From Phycisphaerae bacterium (GTDB lineage Bacteria; Planctomycetota; Phycisphaerae; UBA1845; Fen-1342): 37,168 bases of DNA. Below the pieces are notes generated by a model. The model had not been told where the DNA came from, did no database searches, and was given only the letters and a program-made list of their open reading frames with translations. Of the stretch, positions 27,024 to 36,818 are shown in pieces; positions within the stretch are counted from its first letter, which is position 1; every line of letters starts with the position of its first letter. The translations under genes and the position numbers were made by a program. Location of the stretch: the NCBI GenBank assembly GCA_050115495.1, contig JASFQK010000052.1, positions 1 to 37,168 on the forward strand. Reading direction: 5' to 3'.

Positions 27024-27955
27024 GTGGAAAGGTCCTTGTCGGCGGTGACCGCCTCGGCCGGTGGCGAGGGCGGCGTGGCGAACGCGTCGGCCGGCGGCGG
27101 GGGAGCATCGGCGGGCAGGACGTCTTCGGCCGGGACCGAAACCGGCGGCGCTGTTTCCGCCGAGAGTTTGCGGGAGCCGTCGAGCACTTCCTGCGACAAA
27201 GCGAGGTAGTCTTCGGCACCGTTGCTGTCGGGGGCGTAGTCGTACACCGTCTGGCCGAAGCTCGGGCACTCGGCGAGCTTGACGTTTCGGCGGATGCGGT
27301 TGGCGAAGACGGTTGCGCCGTACCACGGGTCGGCCGGTTCGGCGGCGGCGAGGAAGCGGGTGACATCGTCGAGGACTTCCTGCGCCAGGCGCGTGCCCTT
27401 CTCGAACATGCAGAGCACGATGCCACGCACCCGGAGACGCGGGTTCAACCCGCGGCGGACGAGGAGGATCGTCTCGAGCAGCCGGCCGAGGCCCTGGAGC
27501 GCGAGGAAATGCGCCTGAAGCGGAATGATGACCTCGTCGGCCGCCGCCAGGGCGTTGACCGTCAGCAGCCCCAGCGAGGGCGGGCAGTCGATCAGGCAGT
27601 AGTTCAGCCAGTCGGCGTGCGGGACGAGCGCTTCGGCCAGCACGTGTTCGCGGTTGTCCATCTCCCGCAGGTCGAGCTCGGCGCTGACCAGGTCGATCGT
27701 CGCCGGCAGCAGGGACAGTCCGTCGGTGACGGTGCGCATGGTCTCGGCGACGGCGGCCCGGCGGAGGAGGACGTCGGCGAGGTTGGCCTCGTTATCGTCG
27801 ACCTGCACGCCGAGGTGCAGCGTGGCGTGCGATTGCGGGTCGAGGTCGATCAGGAGAACGCGCTCGCCGGCGAGGGCGAGGCCGGCGGCCAGGTGGACGG
27901 CGGTGGTTGTCTTGCCGACGCCGCCTTTCTGATTGAGGATGGCGATCGAGCGCAT
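27020..27955 (-). CDS. parA: ParA/Soj-family ATPase
   Basis: NQKGGVGKTT, IDLDPQ, IDCPPSLG, IRRNVKLAECPSFG. Confidence 0.93.
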   Translation of the reverse strand: MRSIAILNQKGGVGKTTTAVHLAAGLALAGERVLLIDLDPQSHATLHLGVQVDDNEANLADVLLRRAAVAETMRTVTDGLSLLPATIDLVSAELDLREMDNREHVLAEALVPHADWLNYCLIDCPPSLGLLTVNALAAADEVIIPLQAHFLALQGLGRLLETILLVRRGLNPRLRVRGIVLCMFEKGTRLAQEVLDDVTRFLAAAEPADPWYGATVFANRIRRNVKLAECPSFGQTVYDYAPDSNGAEDYLALSQEVLDGSRKLSAETAPPVSVPAEDVLPADAPPPPADAFATPPSPPAEAVTADKDLST

Positions 27956-28017
27956 GGGCCTCAGTATACGGGCTGGCCGGCCCGGCGAGAACGCTGCGCG
28001 GCACATTCCGGCGCCGG

Positions 28018-28614
28018 TCAGATCTCCCGGGCGAGGGCGGCGCGGACGGCGGGGAGCGCCTCGGGCGGCAGATCGGCCAGTGCGGCCTCGAGCGCCGCCG
28101 GCCCGCCGGTCATTTTCAGCTTTGCTGCGGCGACACGCAGCTCGGCGTCGCGTTCGTCGCTGAACCGGCGGTAGGCGAGGAGAAGCTCGTCGCGGGACCA
28201 AAGCGAGAGCGGATCGGCGGCGCCGGTCTGACCGCGGGCCCAGCGGGCCAGGGAGGTTGGCTCCTCGCTGTGGGCGTAGAGGGCGGCGAGGGCGGCCAGC
28301 CGCTGGGCGGGCGTGCCGAGGAACTCGGCGATGCTCGGCGGCAGGCGGGTGAGGCGGTCGTCGATCGTGTTTCCGCCGATGGACTCTAGCCAACCGGCCT
28401 CGCGCTGCGGCTCGGGCTGGGGATCGGTCAGCCGGGCCGGCGGGACCTGGAGAACGCGGTGGCCGACGGCGAACTGGACAGAAATACGATGACGCGGCTG
28501 GCCGGCGACGGTGGTGGATTGCACGCGCAGGACGGTACCGACGCCCCATTCCGGGCGAGCCGGGTTGCAGACTTTGCGGCCGACGAGCTGCGGGCCGATG
28601 TCGAGTGAACTCAT
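28018..28614 (-). CDS. DUF3553-like protein
   Basis: N-terminal VCNPARPEWGVGTVLRV..ISVQF SH3-like pattern. Confidence 0.7.
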   Translation of the reverse strand: MSSLDIGPQLVGRKVCNPARPEWGVGTVLRVQSTTVAGQPRHRISVQFAVGHRVLQVPPARLTDPQPEPQREAGWLESIGGNTIDDRLTRLPPSIAEFLGTPAQRLAALAALYAHSEEPTSLARWARGQTGAADPLSLWSRDELLLAYRRFSDERDAELRVAAAKLKMTGGPAALEAALADLPPEALPAVRAALAREI

Positions 28615-28692
28615 GGCGGGGAGTCTAGCGAACCGTGGAAGGGGGGTACAGGCGGGTCGCATCGTACGGGATCGGTGGGCGTACAAGGGGAT

Positions 28693-28779
28693 GCGGGGCG
28701 GGTTTGGTTCGCCGGTTGTGGTTGGGCTGATCCGGCGTTACAGCGGCGGCGGACGATCGGCCGGTGAAACCCGCCCTAC
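28693..28779. repeat. GTAG-type REP-like inverted pair
   Basis: Right arm on the minus strand GTAGGGCGGGTTTCACCGG; degenerate left arm GCGGGGCGGGTTT; GTAGGGCGGGTT recurs at 36776. Confidence 0.5.
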
Positions 28780-28912
28780 GGCTTGGGCGTCACGCTCGCG
28801 GAACAAACGGCGGCGTGGCGCTGGAAATCCTCGGGGGTGAAGCGATAATACCACCTTAGCCGCAACGGATGGCGGCAACCGCCGGATCTGTCGCGGAGAG
28901 CGAGGTGGAACC

Positions 28913-29668
28913 ATGCTTTACGCCGCCCTCACCTTCTGGCTGCTGGTGATCGTGTTCTCGGCCGCGGGCGTGCATCGGCTGTGGAGCAACCTCATCAAGC
29001 CGCGCGTCGTGAACTCAATCCTGCTGCCGGGGACCCTCGTTGCCCAGTTGGGGCACGTGCTGGGTCTGCTCATCACCGGCAACAGCGTGCAGAACACCAA
29101 GCTGATGGGCGACGATGAGGCCGGCGAGCCGACGTCGGACACCCCCGACCGGCAACGCATCCCCGTCATCGGGCCCATTCTCGTCGGGCTGCTGCCGCTG
29201 GTGGCGTGCGGCGTGTGCCTGTACGTGGCGGCGAGTTATTGGGGCGGGGCCATTCTGAACGGGCTCGACCTGCAAGCCGGCGGCGTCAGCGCGGAACTGC
29301 CGCGGACGCTGCCCGGTTGGTGGGACCTGCTGCGGGGCAGTATCACGCTGACGGAGAATGTGCTGGCGGCGGTGCTGCAAGCGAACCTTCTTAACTGGGT
29401 CACGTTGCTGTTTCTTTACCTGACGGTGTGCCTGACGGTGCGCATGGCGCCGTTCGAGGGCAACCGGCGGGGAGCCATCGGAGCGATCCTGCTGGCCGGC
29501 GTGGTGATCGCCGTCGTCGGCTCACTCTCCCAGGTGGCCGAGCAGTCGATCCGGTCGAGTTGGCCGATTTTGAGCTACGCGGTGGCGGCATTGCTGTTTC
29601 TGCTGCTGGCGTCGCTGCTGGTTTCCGGGCTCGTCGGACTCATACGTATCCTGGCGGGTAAGGAGTGA
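28913..29668 (+). CDS. Integral membrane protein (degenerate M50-like pattern)
   Basis: GAGG RBS; about 6 TM helices; LPGTLVAQLGHVLG. Confidence 0.8.
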   Translation: MLYAALTFWLLVIVFSAAGVHRLWSNLIKPRVVNSILLPGTLVAQLGHVLGLLITGNSVQNTKLMGDDEAGEPTSDTPDRQRIPVIGPILVGLLPLVACGVCLYVAASYWGGAILNGLDLQAGGVSAELPRTLPGWWDLLRGSITLTENVLAAVLQANLLNWVTLLFLYLTVCLTVRMAPFEGNRRGAIGAILLAGVVIAVVGSLSQVAEQSIRSSWPILSYAVAALLFLLLASLLVSGLVGLIRILAGKE

Positions 29669-29856
29669 TGTGTGGCGGCCGGGCGGGAGCGCGTCGCCGT
29701 GGCAGACGGGGCCGGTATTCTCGGACGCTGCGAAAGCCGACGGACCGAGCAAATGACGTGCATCGGACATCCCGTTGACCCGAAACATAGACTTGGCAGG
29801 GATGGTGCGCCCCACCGTTGCGCGCCCACCCGTCGCATGAAGAGGAGTTCGGCACC

Positions 29857-31581
29857 ATGATGCGTAAGCCGCGCTTTTTCCGGTACTTTCCGCCGCTAGT
29901 CATGACCTGTCTGGCGCTTCTGTTTGCGAGCATGCTGACGCTGTCACTGGGCGGTTGCCCGCGGCCGGACGACGGCACGCCGGACGGCAGCACCGACGGT
30001 GACGGCACCACCGATGGTGACGGGACCACCGACGGCGATGGCACGACCGATGGTGATGGCACTACGGATGGTGACGGTACGACCGATGGCGATGGCACCA
30101 CGGACGGCGACGGAACGACCGACGGCGGTGACGACGTTGGCGGCGATCCCGCGACGCCCGTGCCGACGACGATTACGTTGCAGACGCTCGTGAAAACGGG
30201 CGACGCCGTGCCGGGAGTGACCGGGGCGACGTTCACGTCGTTCGGCAGCCCCATTATCGACGACAACGGCCGGGTCGCGTTCTGGGCGCTCTACACCGGC
30301 GGTACGGGCGACGGCGGCCTGTACGTCTGGGAGAACAGCACGCTGCGGCGCATTGTCGACGATACGACCGACTTCACCGGCGACGTGCCGGGCGGGAGCG
30401 AAAGCGAGTACTACGGCACTTACCAGCCGTCCACCGGCTACGATCCGCTGGCGGCCGAACTGACCTGGGGCAAGGACGGGCGGCTGCTGTTTACCACGCG
30501 CATCAGCGGCGGTGCCGGGCGAACCGGTCTGTTCCGCTGGCGAGCAAGCGACGAAGACATGATCGTCGTCGCCGACTCGAGCATGATCGCCGACGCCTTC
30601 GGTTTCGACGTCAGCGGCTTCCTGCCCGAGTTCTCCAACCACGGCGTGTCGGACAACGGCCTGGTGCTGTTCCAGATCGACTATACGCGGATCACGACGT
30701 CGGGCTTCTCCGGCGGGACGGCGATTTGCATGAGCAACGGGCTGGAGGTCACGCTGCTGGCCCAGGAGAGAGTGGCGGGGACGGTGCCCACGCAGGGTAC
30801 GACCGTGCGTTTCGACTCGTTCCCCACGCCGACGGCGGTCAGCCCAAATGCCCAGATGCTCTTCAGCGGCTACTACATCAACGGTGTGGGCGACGTCGGG
30901 TTGTACCTGTCCGACGGCGGGGCGGCGGCGATCCGCGTGGTCGATAACCGTCCGGACCTGACGCTGCCCGGCCTGCCGGCGAACGCCCAAATCGGCGCGT
31001 CCGGTGAGGACTACATCTTTGCCGTCGGGGCCAACGACCACATCGCCGTCCAGACGAAGGTCATCGAGGACAGCGTTTCCCACGAGGCCATCATCCTCTG
31101 GGACTGGGACGCCGTTAGCTGGAGCGAACTGGCCACGACGGGCTGCACGCGGGCGACGAAGCTCCTGTCGGGCGTGAGCGACGGCGGGGCCGTGCTGGCG
31201 CTCGCCGGCGGGACGCCATACATCATTGACGACTCGAACTCCGTCAGCATCGCGGAGCACCTGTCGGCGGACCTGACCGGGGTGACGGTCACGTGGGCGA
31301 CGTCGGGCGGCGCGATCAACAACTCCGGCCACGCGATCGTGCCGTACAAGCGTTCCGGAGCGACGCCGGGGCTGGGCTTCTGGACGAACGACGGGCTGCT
31401 GATCCTGGCGGATCCGCAGGCCGGTTTGCCGGGCACGAACGTGGCGTCGATCACCGCCGATTCGGAGCCGGTTACCGACCGGCCGGGTCGTTCGGGGATT
31501 CTGAACGACGACGACTGGGCGGTGTTCCAGGTTGAATACGATTCGGGGGCGGAGGCGATCTTCCTGGGCCGGGCCCAGTAG
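29857..31581 (+). CDS. Exported lipoprotein with a TDGDGT repeat linker and a beta-rich (NxxGxxAF-like) domain
   Basis: GAGGAG RBS; LGGC lipobox; PIIDDNGRVAF, INNSGHAIV, LNDDDWAVF repeats. Confidence 0.8.
   Translation: MMRKPRFFRYFPPLVMTCLALLFASMLTLSLGGCPRPDDGTPDGSTDGDGTTDGDGTTDGDGTTDGDGTTDGDGTTDGDGTTDGDGTTDGGDDVGGDPATPVPTTITLQTLVKTGDAVPGVTGATFTSFGSPIIDDNGRVAFWALYTGGTGDGGLYVWENSTLRRIVDDTTDFTGDVPGGSESEYYGTYQPSTGYDPLAAELTWGKDGRLLFTTRISGGAGRTGLFRWRASDEDMIVVADSSMIADAFGFDVSGFLPEFSNHGVSDNGLVLFQIDYTRITTSGFSGGTAICMSNGLEVTLLAQERVAGTVPTQGTTVRFDSFPTPTAVSPNAQMLFSGYYINGVGDVGLYLSDGGAAAIRVVDNRPDLTLPGLPANAQIGASGEDYIFAVGANDHIAVQTKVIEDSVSHEAIILWDWDAVSWSELATTGCTRATKLLSGVSDGGAVLALAGGTPYIIDDSNSVSIAEHLSADLTGVTVTWATSGGAINNSGHAIVPYKRSGATPGLGFWTNDGLLILADPQAGLPGTNVASITADSEPVTDRPGRSGILNDDDWAVFQVEYDSGAEAIFLGRAQ
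29992..30117 (+). repeat. Seven 18-bp tandem coding repeats (TDGDGT)
   Basis: ACN GAY GGY GAY GGN ACN x7 with only synonymous variation. Confidence 0.95.
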
Positions 31582-31656
31582 CGGCTGGGGCCCGGGCAGG
31601 TGGAAACGGGGGGCTGGCGCCGGGGCCGGTGCGCCTCTGGCGTCCCGCGAGCATTG

Positions 31657-31665
31657 TGCTACAAT
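31657..31665 (+). promoter_or_regulatory. Extended -10 promoter of tRNA-His
   Basis: TGCTACAAT, 13 nt upstream of the tRNA. Confidence 0.55.
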
Positions 31666-31678
31666 ACGGGACTGCGAT

Positions 31679-31753
31679 GGTGAGTGTAGCTCAGTTGGTT
31701 AGAGCACAAGGTTGTGGTCCTTGGGGTCGTGGGTTCGAATCCCATCACTCACC
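31679..31753 (+). tRNA. tRNA-His(GTG)
   Basis: Acceptor stem GTGAGTG/CACTCAC, D arm GCTC/GAGC, anticodon arm CAAGG-TTGTGGT-CCTTG, T loop TTCGAAT; encoded G-1 and C73; CCA not encoded. Confidence 0.97.
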
Positions 31754-31950
31754 CTTCACATTCTGATTGCAGGAGCGGGCCGGGGGAAAGCCTGTGTGCG
31801 TCGGCGCGTTGAGACCTTTTTCGACGCTGTGGCCGACCACGGCAATAATCCTCGCTGACGCTCGAATGCGTACGAGAGAGCCTGAAGACCCGCCCTCGGG
31901 AACGGTCCCGGGCGGGCGCCAGTCCTGCCGAGATTATCGGAGGTCAATCG

Positions 31951-32670
31951 ATGAGCGGTTCACCGGCGGTAGTCGTGAAGAAAGGCGGCGCCCTGACCGC
32001 CTTCATCTCGGGTGTGTTCGGGACGTTGATCGTTTGCGTCATCTGCGGGGCGGGACTCGGCTTCTACGCCATGAACCTCGCCGACCGCAAGGTCAGCGAG
32101 TTCATCCAGAGCGGGCGGACGCTGCTCGATGTCGTGCCCGAGCTGCGCGAATCGTTCGGTATGGTCACCGACCTGCTGAACGACCAACGCGACCCGGCGT
32201 ATCAGCAGCAGCTGGAGGTGTCGGCGGAGGTCGTGCTGGGCCGCGGCCGGTTCGAGGACCGGGCGATCGTGGTCGAAGTGGCCAACCGCGGGCAGGACAT
32301 CGTGACGTACCTGACCGCGCGCGTGGTGCTGGAAGGGACCGAGGGCACGCCGCTGGACGAGTATCGCTCGTTCGTGGCGACGCCGATCAGCGTTCCCGAG
32401 CAGCAGTGGCGAGGACCGCTGCTGCCGGGCTCGGTGCGGCGGTTCACCATTCCCGCGAGGGGCGTCGGGGCGGACCGGGACCTGGTGGCCACGATCGAAG
32501 TGACCGACCTGCGCACGTGGAATGAAGAGACGCAGCGCGCCGCGGAGGAGCGTCGGGCGGCCGCGAAGGAGCGAACCGAGTCGTATCGGCGCATCGCTGC
32601 CGGCGACCGTTCGGAGGCCGGTAATCAGTCGACGCGCACCACGACGGCGCCGGCCGACGGCGGTGAGTAA
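31951..32670 (+). CDS. Hypothetical membrane-anchored protein
   Basis: GGAGG RBS; N-terminal TM; Ig-like segment (VVEVANRG..PLLPGSVRRF). Confidence 0.8.
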   Translation: MSGSPAVVVKKGGALTAFISGVFGTLIVCVICGAGLGFYAMNLADRKVSEFIQSGRTLLDVVPELRESFGMVTDLLNDQRDPAYQQQLEVSAEVVLGRGRFEDRAIVVEVANRGQDIVTYLTARVVLEGTEGTPLDEYRSFVATPISVPEQQWRGPLLPGSVRRFTIPARGVGADRDLVATIEVTDLRTWNEETQRAAEERRAAAKERTESYRRIAAGDRSEAGNQSTRTTTAPADGGE

Positions 32671-32693
32671 CGACGAGCCAAGAGACGCAACGA

Positions 32694-32727
32694 CGCGGCT
32701 GGCGCGCGGGTTCGCGCGCCAGCCGCG
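32694..32727. terminator. Hairpin between convergent genes
   Basis: 15-bp perfect stem CGCGGCTGGCGCGCG-GGTT-CGCGCGCCAGCCGCG; no U tract. Confidence 0.5.
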
Positions 32728-32758
32728 CCCGTGTGGCACTCGTTCGGGGCGGTGACCG

Positions 32759-33805
32759 CTATTCCTTGACGTACCACCAGGCGTCGCGGCCGCCTTCCAT
32801 GAAGGTGGTCGTATCGGCTTCGCCGCGGACGGCCCGACCCTTGTACTGCAGCTTGTTGTCTTTGATCTCAAACTTCCATTCGCCGTACTTCTCGCCGTTG
32901 ATCGCCATCGTCAGCGTATAGGCACCGTCGGTGGCCAGGAGATCCTTGGCTTTGAAGTACGTCCCGGCGGGCGTCGGCTTGCCCTCGGGGAAGACGGTGT
33001 CGAATTCGTAGCGCACCCAGTCGGGCCTGAACGAGTAGCTCGTGCTTCCGCGACCGGTGCAGACCAGCTCGCCGTCCGCATCGCGCTTGATCTCCACGGT
33101 GACCTTCGCGTCGAGCGTGCCGGCCTTACCGCTGCGCAGCCACACCTTCCAGTACAACGACTGGTCCGGCTTGGCGTCGACATAGTACAGGTATGCACAC
33201 GTCTGCCAGTCGCCGTCGAGCACGTAGGCGTTGCCATCGCCGAACGGGTCGTCGCCACCAACCTTCCTGACGGTGAACGGGAACGTGTAGAAGAGCTCGT
33301 CCGGCAGGTAGAAGTCGAGGACGTACTCGCCCGGTTCGGACATATCGGCGAAGGTCGCGACATCTTCACCGGTCCGCAGGTCCGTGATCTTGTTCACGCT
33401 GAGGATGCAGTAGGGCTTCTTCAGGCGGTCGGGCTTCCAGTTGTACTGATAGAGCTCCGTGCCGTCGGCCTTCCGCAACACCATGCAGCCTTCCTTACAG
33501 TCGTCCGGGATGAAGGTGCCCTGGATGTTGTCGAGGCGGAACTGGCCGTTCTCGGGACGGAGGACCACACCGTTCAGCACGGTCGCGAACGAGACGCCGG
33601 GGGGATATTGGCGATCCTTGCCCTTCTTGACGCCGGGGCGGGCTGTAGAACCGGGCGTGGCTTTCTGAACGTCCTGGCCCTTGGCCGGACCGGCTTCCTT
33701 CTTGACCGCCTCTTTCAGTTTGTTCTTCAGTCGCCCAAGCTGGGCGTTGGCGATGGCGCCAGCGCAAAGACAAACCGAGAGCGCGGCGATGAGAGGTAGT
33801 CTCAT
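32759..33805 (-). CDS. Hypothetical secreted protein
   Basis: Purine-rich RBS; signal peptide MRLPLIAALSVCLCAGAIANA, then QLGRLKNKLKE; typical GC3 codon bias. Confidence 0.8.
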   Translation of the reverse strand: MRLPLIAALSVCLCAGAIANAQLGRLKNKLKEAVKKEAGPAKGQDVQKATPGSTARPGVKKGKDRQYPPGVSFATVLNGVVLRPENGQFRLDNIQGTFIPDDCKEGCMVLRKADGTELYQYNWKPDRLKKPYCILSVNKITDLRTGEDVATFADMSEPGEYVLDFYLPDELFYTFPFTVRKVGGDDPFGDGNAYVLDGDWQTCAYLYYVDAKPDQSLYWKVWLRSGKAGTLDAKVTVEIKRDADGELVCTGRGSTSYSFRPDWVRYEFDTVFPEGKPTPAGTYFKAKDLLATDGAYTLTMAINGEKYGEWKFEIKDNKLQYKGRAVRGEADTTTFMEGGRDAWWYVKE

Positions 33806-34167
33806 CCTTTCTTCTCCTTCTCTGTCGGGAATCCGCAGGGCGATGCTGCCCCGCTCTTCCAAGCCATAGACTCTGCACGCAGCGCCGCGCTACACGCGCG
33901 CCGGTACACGCCATGCGCTCCCCAACGGGACCGGTACCGTACCAGTCCCAAGCCCGGACAGACGCCGTTGTGGGCGACGTGCCGTCCAGACTTGCTGGCA
34001 TCCTGATTATGCGCGTTTTGGCCGACTGATCCAGAGCGTCCCCTGCGAATCCGACCATTTTTCTGCCGCGTCACCGGTTGGACAGGCCGCCGCGGACGGG
34101 AACCGGACGCCTGTCGCCGGTATGATTGTGCGACCGGCGGCTTCGCCGGCACATGGGAGAGCAGACC

Positions 34168-34620
34168 ATGGACCACGAGCAGATGAACTCGTATCTGGCG
34201 GCGGCGCTGGCCGAGGCTCGGGCGGGGCTGGCCGAGGGCGGCATCCCGATCGGCTCGGTGCTCGTCATTGATGGCGAGATCGTCGGTCGCGGGCACAATC
34301 GGCGCGTGCAAAACGGCAGCACGGTTCTCCACGCCGAGATGGACTGCCTCGAACGCGCCGGCCGGCGGACCGCCCGCGACTATCGCCGATCGCTGCTGGT
34401 TTCGACGCTCTCGCCGTGCGATATGTGCAGCGGGGCCGTCCTGCTGTACCGGATTCCGCACGTGCTCATCGGCGAGAACACTACGTTTCGCGGCCCTGAG
34501 GAGCACCTCCGCAGCCGCGGCGTGCAGCTCGATGTCGTCAACGACGCCGAGTGCATCCAGCTCATGCGCGAGTTCATCGCGGCGCATCCGGACCTGTGGA
34601 ACGAGGATATCGGGGAGTAG
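34168..34620 (+). CDS. Cytosine/nucleoside deaminase (zinc CDA fold, FCY1-like)
   Basis: EGGIPIGSVL, GHNRRVQ, HAEMDC, LSPCDMC, WNEDIGE. Confidence 0.92.
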   Translation: MDHEQMNSYLAAALAEARAGLAEGGIPIGSVLVIDGEIVGRGHNRRVQNGSTVLHAEMDCLERAGRRTARDYRRSLLVSTLSPCDMCSGAVLLYRIPHVLIGENTTFRGPEEHLRSRGVQLDVVNDAECIQLMREFIAAHPDLWNEDIGE

Positions 34621-34734
34621 GGGCGGTTCGCAGATCGCGGTTGACTCGGCTGCGCAATTTCTCTAGTATTGAGCTATTAAATGATCCCCCGTGGGTGGGG
34701 GGCCTGGTGACGCAGCAAGGAGAGGAGACCGGGA

Positions 34735-35811
34735 ATGAAGTACAGCCTCATGTCGGTGATGTTGTGCGTGGTCCTGTTGGCCGCGGCGGTGGCTCAGGGA
34801 CAGGTTGATCCGGGAACGGTGCACGGTTGGGGGTGGAACGCGCACAACCAATGTACGGTGCCGACGCCGAACGCGGACTTCGTCGCCATCTCGGCGGGCG
34901 GGCAGCACAGCCTCGGGCTGAAGTCGGATGGGACAGTCGTGGCCTGGGGCGATAACGCCAGCGGGCAGTGCAACGTGCCGTCGCCGAACGCAGACTTCGT
35001 GGCGGTCGCTGCCGGCTACGACCATAGCATGGGGCTGAAGTCGGATGGATCGATCGTGGTCTGGGGCGCGAACAGCAGCGGGCAATGCAACGTGCCCGCG
35101 CCCAACGCCGACTTCGTGCAGATTTCGGCGGGGTTTTCGCACAGTCTCGCCCTGCGGGCGAATGGGACGGTAGCGGCCTGGGGCTGGAGCAGCTTCGGGC
35201 AGTGCAACGTGCCGTCGCCGAACGCCGACTTCGTGGCGGTCGGGGCCGGCGGCGGGTTCAGCGCCGGGCTGAAGTCCGACGGACACGTCGTGGCCTGGGG
35301 CTGGAACGACCTCGGTCAGTGCACCGTCCCCGAGCCCAACGAGGGGTACGTGGCGCTGGCGACCGGTTCCGGACATACGCTCGGGCTGCGCGGTGATGGG
35401 TCGATCGTCGGTTGGGGCATCACCACGGATGGGCAGTGCACGGTACCGACGCCGAATATCAGCTTCGTGATGATCTCGGCGGGTGGATCGCATAGCCTGG
35501 GGCTGAAGGATTTCGGCATGGTGGCGGCGTGGGGAGCGAACGGGAACGGGCAGTGCGACGTGCCATCGCCGAACGCGAACTTCGTCGCCGTTGCGGGCGG
35601 CGCGTCGCATAGCCTCGCGCTGGAAGGGTACTGGGGCGACTTCGACGCGGATGGCTGGGTAGATGCGGCGGACCTGTCGCTGCTGGCCGGGGCGCTGAAC
35701 GGCCCGCAGCAGATCAGCGGACCGGGGTCCCATCGGTTCTCACTCGATGGGGACTGGGACGTGGATCTGGCGGACTTCGCCCGGTTCCAGGCGCCGAGCA
35801 CGGGGGATTAA
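34735..35811 (+). CDS. Secreted RCC1-repeat protein with a dockerin-like C-terminus
   Basis: Signal peptide; seven about 39-aa repeats (AWG.N..GQC.VP.PN.DFVA..AG..HSLGLKSDG); GDFDADGWVDAADL and DGDWDVDLADF. Confidence 0.9.
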   Translation: MKYSLMSVMLCVVLLAAAVAQGQVDPGTVHGWGWNAHNQCTVPTPNADFVAISAGGQHSLGLKSDGTVVAWGDNASGQCNVPSPNADFVAVAAGYDHSMGLKSDGSIVVWGANSSGQCNVPAPNADFVQISAGFSHSLALRANGTVAAWGWSSFGQCNVPSPNADFVAVGAGGGFSAGLKSDGHVVAWGWNDLGQCTVPEPNEGYVALATGSGHTLGLRGDGSIVGWGITTDGQCTVPTPNISFVMISAGGSHSLGLKDFGMVAAWGANGNGQCDVPSPNANFVAVAGGASHSLALEGYWGDFDADGWVDAADLSLLAGALNGPQQISGPGSHRFSLDGDWDVDLADFARFQAPSTGD

Positions 35812-35885
35812 GGGGAGGCGGCACTGGTGCGTGAACTGCAGTGGTGGGCAAGCCACCGGTGGCACCGGGCCGTTAGAATGCGGGC

Positions 35886-36734
35886 GTGAGACAGCGATCT
35901 CGAACACGACGGATCATGCGGTGGCTCTTCGTTGTCTTGACGGGGTGCCTCATTCTGCTCGCCGTGGGGAGCCTGAAGTGGCGTCTCGCGTGGATCGACG
36001 ACCCTCCCGATAACTACTTCGCCATCGCTCATGGGGCGGTATGGGTTATCGTGGAGCACGACCCGAGCGTCGGCTATTTTGCCCTGACACACACCCACAC
36101 CGGCTGGATCGTTGAGGACCTGCCGGGGGCGTGGTCGACAGTGGCGTACAAATGGTGGACCGTAGGAGCCTGGTTCTCATTCGAAGACATGGCCGGGCGC
36201 TACTACGCGGCCGCGGTGCCGCTGTGGGTGTTCATCATACCTACCGCCGTCTTCGCGGGGTTCCTGTGGCGTCGTGAGCGCCCTGTTCAGCCCGGCCGTT
36301 GCTGCCAGGGATGCGGCTGTAGCCTGACCGGCAACGTCTCCGGGCGCTGTCCGGAGTGCGGTATTCCCGTCGGGGCTGCGGGGGAATCACCGAGATGGCG
36401 GTCCTGGACGCGGCGGGTGCTGATGTGGACCTTCACTGGCGCCAGCACACTCATCCTTTTGACTTGGGCGTGTAGTCTCCCTCTCCGCTTCGCGTTTCCG
36501 ATGGGGACCACTTTCGTCTTCGTCGATCACGGGCATGTGCACATGGAGTGGCGATGCACGACGATTCCGGAGTACAGCGGCGCAGAACGCTGGGGCTTCG
36601 GCCTGCCGGTGTTCAAAGCGCAGCGCGCGCGTTCGTTCATAAGGGTGCCACTGTGGTGCCCGCTGTTGGTTACGATTATCCCGACGATAGTTCTCTGGTG
36701 GATTGACCGCCGCCGCCACCCGACGGGGCAGTGA
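35886..36734 (+). CDS. Membrane protein with a CxxCGxxLTGNVSGRCPECG zinc ribbon and a duplicated TM module
   Basis: VPLWVFIIPTAV..LWRRER repeated as VPLWCPLLVTIIPTIVLWWIDRRR; start may be ATG 35916. Confidence 0.75.
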   Translation: MRQRSRTRRIMRWLFVVLTGCLILLAVGSLKWRLAWIDDPPDNYFAIAHGAVWVIVEHDPSVGYFALTHTHTGWIVEDLPGAWSTVAYKWWTVGAWFSFEDMAGRYYAAAVPLWVFIIPTAVFAGFLWRRERPVQPGRCCQGCGCSLTGNVSGRCPECGIPVGAAGESPRWRSWTRRVLMWTFTGASTLILLTWACSLPLRFAFPMGTTFVFVDHGHVHMEWRCTTIPEYSGAERWGFGLPVFKAQRARSFIRVPLWCPLLVTIIPTIVLWWIDRRRHPTGQ

Positions 36735-36818
36735 AGCATCGGGGGCCGGACGCGGAGTTGACCGGCGGGGCGTCGGTAGGGCGGGTTGGCGCGGAGGGTG
36801 CTGGTTCGGCGGGTGGTT

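Noticed and set aside
31753..31756. tRNA lacking an encoded CCA as a pseudogene
   Set aside because: The cloverleaf and His identity elements are intact; CCA is added enzymatically in many bacteria
34820..35625. About 117-bp periodic DNA repeats as an array
   Set aside because: They are in-frame RCC1 coding repeats
36732..36734. TGA as a selenocysteine codon
   Set aside because: The read-through frame does not restore the CxxC motif and stops again within 10 codons; no SECIS recognised
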